This document shows positions 56,519-64,000 of a stretch of 64,000 nucleotides of DNA, one piece after another. Each line of letters opens with the position of its first letter. The first letter of the stretch is position 1. The notes under the pieces are model-generated. The model saw only the letters and a list, made by a program, of their open reading frames with translations, did no database searches and was not told the DNA's origin. The DNA is from Eledone cirrhosa (lineage: Eukaryota), in NCBI GenBank assembly GCA_964016885.1, contig OZ024746.1, positions 66,464,001 through 66,528,000 on the forward strand, read 5' to 3'. The translations under genes and the position numbers were made by a program.

Positions 56519-58219
56519 TAATTAGCTAAAATACTTTGCATACATTCTATTTTAATTTCATTTGTTAAAACCACGTATAAATAAACACTAACGCAAAGAA
56601 AGTATTCATATGTCGTACATTTTCGTATAGTAACTCAAATATGGCACCGATAAGTTTACCAGCTTAAAATAAGAAATTAATTATAATTAATCAGCATAAG
56701 AGTAATTGTTACCTGTCTCTAACTTTAAATACAACGCTCTTCAGGATAATAATCAATGGTATGAACTTAGCCTTCTATATTACTCAAGAATATATAAGTA
56801 CTAGAGCCTATTTATGTAAAACGAAATCAAATATAATAATTCATATATTATTTTGGATGATAAAATGTCAATACTGGCCTATGCATTATTCTCTATTTTA
56901 GAGACGAAATTAGAACCAAATTGGCTTTTCCTTTAAGATGAGACTTTTCAGATTATATATTATTTAGAAAGTCAATTGTCTAAATATATTACATTTTCCG
57001 GAATTGACAGAAATTTGATTTCATATTAATTTATCATTTTAACATCTAAATTGCTGTCATGATATATAATGGAGACATAAGATTTTGAATGACATCATAT
57101 CTTTATGTTGTGGCTAATATATTTTGGTCTGAAAAAGCACATCTCTCAATGAACACATAGGAAACAAATTTGCCAAAATTAAACACATGACCGTTTATAG
57201 ACATGATTATGTATAATAGATGAATGGCATAGATGTCATTTGAAGTATGCTGCGTATCGAGTTTGCGCTGTGTTGACAAGATAGTTTATATATTTTTTTC
57301 ATATTTTATAGTGTAGTGGAGTTTATATTAATCAAATAAATCTAACGACCTAGATTTATGTAATGAAAATATTCCCCTAATATATAATGAATCTCATATA
57401 ACTTTATGGCTGAAGAATATTGTCCTGAAAGAGGAATTACTTCGCAATTTCCAGTATCATGTTTACTTTCTGCCAATTCTACATAATATACATCATTATC
57501 TAAATATATGTTTAATTTCGTGCTTGTTTATAACTTGGAAATCTTGAAGAAGTTGAAGAAACTTCATAATGTTTTAAATAATTAGCTTATGAAATTGAAG
57601 TGATTAATATAAAAATAAGCCTACTGTTCATTTAAGCAGAAACCAAGTATATTGCGACAAATTAAAATAACAATGTATGACTGAATGAATTAGGATTAAA
57701 AATACTTGATCATAGTTTGTGATTTACAATCCGGTGCAGGTATTTAGTATCCGCAGATTAATATAGAGTAAATTGCTTCAGTTACCTGAAGCCAGTTGTG
57801 TATCGCTTATACAAGAACAAAATATGATGTTACAGCATAATCAGAGAACAAATTGTTTTGCAGTATTCAGAATTAGTGACAGAATTTTGCCTATCAAACT
57901 AAGAAGCGGCTTTCTGTCAGTCGGAATATCCATTGACTGACATATTAATATCATCAAAACTGTGAACGAGGTGAGACGAAAATCTGATTTAGTGCACTAC
58001 TTACGCAATAGCAAGCTTTAGTTGCATTGCATGTTTAAAAATGCAGATTCGACTGACACAGGCAATGAAGGTATCCAAAAATTATAACCTACATTGGGTG
58101 CAAAAGGTAAATTCATATAATCTGTACTGAAATTAATGTTCAGCCGTTACAAATATGACAGCTTTCTGTCACGAGAAAATAAATGAATATTGGTAGACAG
58201 TATCAAGGCCAACAAGAAG

Positions 58220-58960
58220 AGTTGTATGACTCAAACAGTGCTGATGTCTTTGTTATTCATATTCTTTTTTAATATAATACATTCTGCTTGCCTGAGCCTA
58301 TGCATCTAAGATACGTCCAGTTCCACTCAACATATCTCGTTTCTTTAACCGATTGAAATACTTCCCATGTTCTTCAGGAGGTTGAAATATATCTCCGTGC
58401 AAATTCTTGTTTCTGCTCATAATATTACATTCTAATTTCGAGAGTATTACGTTTATTTCCTTCCCTCACATAGAAATTCATTTCATCGTACTGATATTAA
58501 GGATAACTTTTTAATATCAGTAACATACATCAGCAGGCTCTCTAACTACATCTTCACACAATATTGCACGCGTATCATTCCCCATTCTTCCTATTTTATG
58601 TTACGTTGCAGCCTCTCAGCATCTGGCTGTGAGTGTGAGGCTTTGTACATTTGTATCACCTTCCATCCTTTCTTATCTAACTTCGCATGTTCTACTGTTT
58701 TCTATTTTATTATTTCTGCGCAATATCTGATGATGGATAGAGCTATTGAGTTCATGGCATTGATGGCATGTATGCCATCGTGCTTGGATTTTACTATATT
58801 GTGTAACCTTCATGGGTACTATCTCCTGATTATACTTTTCATTATTCCATATTTTATACAATCGGCTTCCAAATAATCTCCCGTATGCTCTCTTCGTTTG
58901 ATAGATACATTATATCAATTTTATTGCACTTCTTTTTTCCACCACAAGGATTACAAATTT
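58220..58960 (-). mobile_element. Dong/R4-clade LINE fragment, decayed
   Basis: INAMNSIALSIIRYCAEIIK*KTVEHAKLDKKGWKVIQMYKASHSQPDAERL (cf. I.AIN..A.PV.RY.AGII.W...EL..LDRKTRK..TM..ALHP.ADV.RLY), then KNLHG...LKKRDM...AQASR. Confidence 0.7.
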
Positions 58961-60039
58961 GACATTATCACATTCCATCTGTATGTCATTGCTATTGATA
59001 AATAATCTCACTGAGCTGCCAAGCTGATTTGTCATATGTACCATACAACTTCAGCCCATTTATGAATATCAAATGTTTGATTCTCTTTCGGTATTCTCTT
59101 AAATATCTATTAATATTATTAGACACTTTGAATGTTTCCTATGGATATGAAAAGTTTAACTAGATTCATAAATGTTGGAATATTTTGCTAACAATGGGCC
59201 TCATAAGATTGCGAGATATATCACAATACATGGGACAACTTACACGTATCAAAATCATTTCATTCTAAAGTCAAAATTTAACAGATCTACGAATGATTGG
59301 CACCAAAGAAGCGATGTCATAACCAACGACAAAGATAAATGATAATTACACTAAAAAGTGCGCAAATTAAGCAAATTGAATGAGATAATTAGAAGATAAA
59401 TAACCGAAGACATATTCACGCATAGCCATAAACGTATATGAACGTTTGTGTATGTCAAAATTCAAATAGCATCAACAACATTACATATACTTGTCAAGCG
59501 AATAAAATAGCAGCAACGAATACAATATTTAAATGGTTAGATGACGACAGCAACACTTTCATTGTCACACACATGCCTAAATCTCATCAACCCTTGCAGC
59601 AGTTTTGCTTGTAAAATATCCAATGTAGAATATGTAGATACGGCGAAAGCACAGTCCAAAACAGAACAGTATTAAACATTGTATCCAACATCATTGGATT
59701 TCCTTACCTAAAGAATATATTCAGAATCGAACATAGATTGACCATGTATAAATAATCACCTAATTTCTTATACAATTAAAAGTATTAATTACTGATCAAT
59801 GAGGCCATTAACAGACATGGAAGACAGAAGAGTTATCCTGTCTTCGATTTATTAGATAAATATTGTTAACATTATTTCGCGCGCATGAGTCCTGTATGCA
59901 CTAGCCATGTTTATGTTAAAAGAAATAATGAACACGCTATAATGCAGAAGAGGAAATTATAAATGCTTACTTTACATTCGTATATAAATAGATTACGTTT
60001 TGTCAGCATGTTCCTCTCTATTTCCATCTATATACATCC

Positions 60040-60250
60040 TAGAGCTACCAAAATTAACCAACATATTAATCCAGAATTGAAAGAGAAAATCAACAATCAT
60101 TTGTATTTGCTTGACATCAGTTTGCACGCTGCAAATAATATTGATATAGAGATACTGCTTCAGGCAGTGCATTTTGATGATAGACAAATTCATAGTTCGA
60201 ATTCGAAAGATACACCAGGACAAACTGGAGACGAGGAAAATATATAACCA
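60040..60250 (+). mobile_element. Possible decayed PLE RT C-terminal fragment
   Basis: KINQHINPELKEKINNHLYLLDISLHAANNIDIEI resembles LN..HP.IKFT.E.E.NN.LPFLD..I.....I....Y.K. Confidence 0.35.
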
Positions 60251-61074
60251 ACATATATATATATCATGCAACATAAAGAAAAATAGATTTAAAAGAGAGT
60301 CATATAAATACTAAGAATTTAATGAACTAGAAAGATTACAGCACATTAAAAAGAAAGAAATGTCTAGGAAAGTATATTATGAACGCATTAAATTGATACA
60401 GAGCACAAAGATAAATATAAAATAAATAACGTAATGGATAGCAGTAATGTAGTGTTTTTTGCCAGTCACTGACAACATTATGTTTACTACTAACGTAGGA
60501 GGACTTGATCAAATATTACAATATATCCATCCTACAACTAAGGATGCATTCAGTAAAAAGAAATGTAAAAACATAAATGTAACAACATAAATGTGAACAC
60601 ATAAATGTAAAAATATATACAAGTGAATAGATAATAAGCAGACATTGAAAGCAAGAATAGTTTTGATAAGAAATGAAAAGGAACAAAAATAAAAAAAAAC
60701 CTAGGGAAACCACTACAGAATGTCATACTAAATCGTTTGGCAGTAGAGATTCTAAAAATCGAAAGATGTAATACAAAAAATTAACGAAGATCATAAGATC
60801 GTTTGAGATGCACGAAGTCCAAACATGGACAACAACGTTAGTTGACTGTAGTAGAGGATCAAACACTGAAGCCCATCTCCCATTAAACCATGTAATGAAG
60901 CAGAAAACATTAAGAAACTTCAGAATACGTGAGAATTGGGAAGAACATATTTAGCACACAGTAGACAATGAAGAGTATAATATATTATATTATATATATA
61001 TATACATATATTCTCTTTTTTTTCGCACACTTATTTCTTGAATGAATGTTGGACAGACTCCTAAGACACGCACA

Positions 61075-61630
61075 TGATAGGGACAGATGAAAGTAAATCT
61101 AACAAATGCATGTCGGGTAATATCATCAGATGAGGTAAATAGTATCATGTCTTCTGTAAATTCCAGGCTACTGATCCTACACCCACTGAACGTGATACCA
61201 CCTCCAGTCCGACTGCGAATGTCAATCCTATTCATGAAGCTTATGAACACGAGATGTGACAGTACGCGCTTTTTTGGTAGTCGGGCGCCAATGCGGAAGG
61301 ATTTCGGCGTAGCACCCATTATCCGAACACAATAACTAAGGCATTTGTAAAGGGACTTCAAAGCATCAGCAGCTGTCCATCGATTCCATAATCCTGCAAA
61401 GCCATCCACAACATGACCGATGGATTGAAGTAATATGCTTTATCTAGGTTCACTAAAGACTCAAAGACAAGCTGCGGGGTAAATATTTGGTTGGTTGTGC
61501 TGCGTTTGAGGCAATGACCACACTGTTCACCAGTTGGCTCGAACACGACATTATTTCTACATCTCCTTGCCAAGCACTTATCTTAATTTTCCCTGGTGAA
61601 GATTGACAAGGACATTCCTCTATAATGAGA
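61075..61630 (-). mobile_element. RTE (BovB-like) LINE RT fragment, decayed
   Basis: EQCG...RSTTNQIFT...VNLDKAY...LWMALQDYGIDGQLL / KSLY...CVRI...SFRIG...VLSHLVFISFMNRI...ISSLEFTEDMIL, a degenerate version of DLEKAYD, G.RQG..LSP.LF and FADD. Confidence 0.85.
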
Positions 61631-61914
61631 GTAATCTCCATTTACGTATGAAAATTTCACACATAGGTTGTGTGAAATTAAATGACGAAACAATGTGTAT
61701 GGTAGCAGAAACCTTCAGAATCCTTAAGACAATATAACGGCAAATTCGATGACTAAATGCACAAAGGCTGAGATAAGCAAGGCGTAATGGAATGGTCTTA
61801 TTATTTACTAATAGAAGATACAAATCCAAAGCATAACAGTTTATATATAAATGGCACTCAATGGTGCGCTCAGGAGATCAATGAAAGCACGCAATAAGAT
61901 ATAGAAAACTCAAT

Positions 61915-62160
<246 letters not shown>

Positions 62161-64000
62161 TTATAAAAATAATAATAATGATTTCTTTATTAACCACAAG
62201 GGTTTACATAAAGTAGACATTAAGGACAGAGCAGGACAATGCAGGACGGTACAAATGGGCATTTCTGCGTGTAAAAAACAAAAACAGAGGATGTAACAAA
62301 AAATAACAATGAAAAATTCCCCAATAGGGGGGAGACTTCGGAGGGACATTTGTGGAGAAAGCTCAGTAAGAAGCCACAATGACCCTGACCACCAAGGCAA
62401 GTGCCCTCTCCCAGTTTTCCACCTTTAATTTACAGATATATACTCAGAGTAGGCCCATTCACTCGGGCCATTCTTGCTTCTCTCACCCATCTTTCAACAA
62501 AAAGCTGGGAAGAGAGCACTTCCCTCTCTACTCTGATTTTCCTTTTCAAATGATATTTGAAAAAGTCAATCAGAGGATCACCGAAGAGGTAAGTGCTCGT
62601 CTTCAGCCCTTTCAAACGTGTCCACCATACTATCTCTTTCGCCATGGCCACCAGACAGATAAAAACTGCCTGCCCTTCCCGGCTAAAGGAGGAATGCGGG
62701 GCAATCCTCACGATGGACTCAGATGATAGCCGGATCCGTCCTAAACGCGACAGCAGGTGTTCGACATAAACCCACAAGTCAGCAATTTTCGGACACTGGA
62801 CGAGTGCGTGCAGGACGGTTTCGTCGCCCTGCGCGCATCTCGGACATGCCCGGCTGACGGCACCTCCATGCCTGTAGAGTTTATCCCGAACTGGCAAGGC
62901 TCCTCGGTAGCACTGCCAGGCCAGAGATTTCTGGAAGTTGTCCATAGGCCCTCGCCCGAAAGTTCTTCCGAAGAGATTGGCTAGTTGATTTTCGTCGACG
63001 CCTAGAGTTTCCCCAAGTACGTCGTCGCTCTTCCCCTCCACTAATCCTCTATAGAACGCCGAAGTGGAGTTTCCACCGATCACATTGCCCGATTGGTCGA
63101 GGGCTGTGAGCGCCTGAAGACATTCCAGTCTCCAGGCGCTCCCTCTCGGTCTTCGCTTGACCCAGGACTGCAGCTCCGTCAAGGAAACGAGCTGGGGAAA
63201 TACGTGTCTAGCAAACGGCGACCACACCTGATCACCGTCGAGGAAGAGGTGGAGATGTCGTAGCCTGAGCGCGTGCCTGCGCATCATCAGCCACGGCATG
63301 CCCAGCCCTCCACGTAGCGGGTGTTGACAACAGATGGACCGCCTGACCATCGGAGCGCGTCCCTTCCACAAAAAGCGAAAGAGCAAACGCTCCATCGCAG
63401 TCAGGCGAGGCTTAGGACAAGGTACGACGGTCAGGCGGTAGCAGATGACAGACGCGATGTACGCCTTAGCCACCTCCGCTCGACCTTTGAGGGATAGCTT
63501 CCTCTCCGCCCATTTCTGGGTGAGAGAAGCCACCCTGCTCGTCACCTCGTCCCAGTTTTTGTCCATCTGGAGGTCCGGACCGAGCCAGACCCCTAGCAAT
63601 TTAACCGGTCCGTCCGTCCAGCGTCCGACGACGCTGTTGTACGGCATGGACCTGCCTCTCCAGGTGCCGAGCTGCAGGCCCACTGACTTTTCCTGGTTGA
63701 TCATTGCTCCTGTCACCGCTTCGTATTCTCTTAGTGTAGTGCCAATCGCCTCGATGTGTTTGGCGTTCGACACCACTACGGTGACATCGTCCGCATATGC
63801 TGACACGGATCATCCGCATCCTAGTTCGCGCGGGACTCCCCTCAACGTCTCCAGTTTGTGCAGTAATGGCTCGAGAGTCAATACGTACAAGAGGGACGAG
63901 AGGGGACATCCTTGGCGGACCGAGCGCATGATGTTGAACGGTTCCGACAGGTGACCGTTCACTCTCACCACAGAGCAGATGTCGCTGTGCATGGCAGCGA
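62161..64000 (-). mobile_element. Tx1/L1-clade LINE, 3' part, extends beyond the window
   Basis: GC-rich. ORF2 RT followed by a 3' UTR of about 270 bp ending in an A/T-rich tail at the trinucleotide repeat. Confidence 0.92.
62430..64000 (-). pseudogene. LINE ORF2 reverse transcriptase plus CCHC zinc knuckle, one in-frame stop
   Basis: RSVRQGCPLS.LLY.L.LEPL, AYADD, IN.EKS, LLGV, W..RKLSL.GR, GGLG.P, CPRCAQGDETVLHALVQC. A single TGA at 63810-63812 interrupts an otherwise open frame. Confidence 0.92.

Noticed and set aside
62379-63954. Plus-strand and alternative-frame ORFs over the Tx1 LINE
   Set aside because: Antisense or shadow frames of a GC-rich ORF2.

Overview
AT-rich, microsatellite-dense eukaryotic (animal) non-coding DNA. 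The SINE/LINE content suggests a cephalopod (Octopus-like) genome, which is an inference. No host protein-coding gene can be called with confidence, and almost all ORF-track entries are (TA)n/(CA)n artefacts. Recognisable mobile elements are a near-intact Tx1/L1-clade LINE ORF2 at the right edge, two Chapaev3 DNA transposons, CR1, CRE, RTE and Dong/R4 LINE fragments, mariner fragments, a tRNA-derived SINE family, and Penelope-like element (PLE) coding remnants (a Neptune-type GIY-YIG and a Naiad-type RT/EN). The main hidden signal is about 20 type I hammerhead ribozymes (HHRs) from at least 10 unrelated-looking families. They sit in short, mostly non-coding fold-back PLE-like units embedded in (TA)n microsatellites. 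Many units share a covarying 3' stem motif (RCTC...GAGY[R]C) about 45-70 nt from the 3' end. The inverted arm stops at a nearly fixed point just before that motif, and several units fold back exactly at HHR stem II. One locus has a 442-bp tandem HHR repeat that could yield a retrozyme-like monomer or circular RNA.
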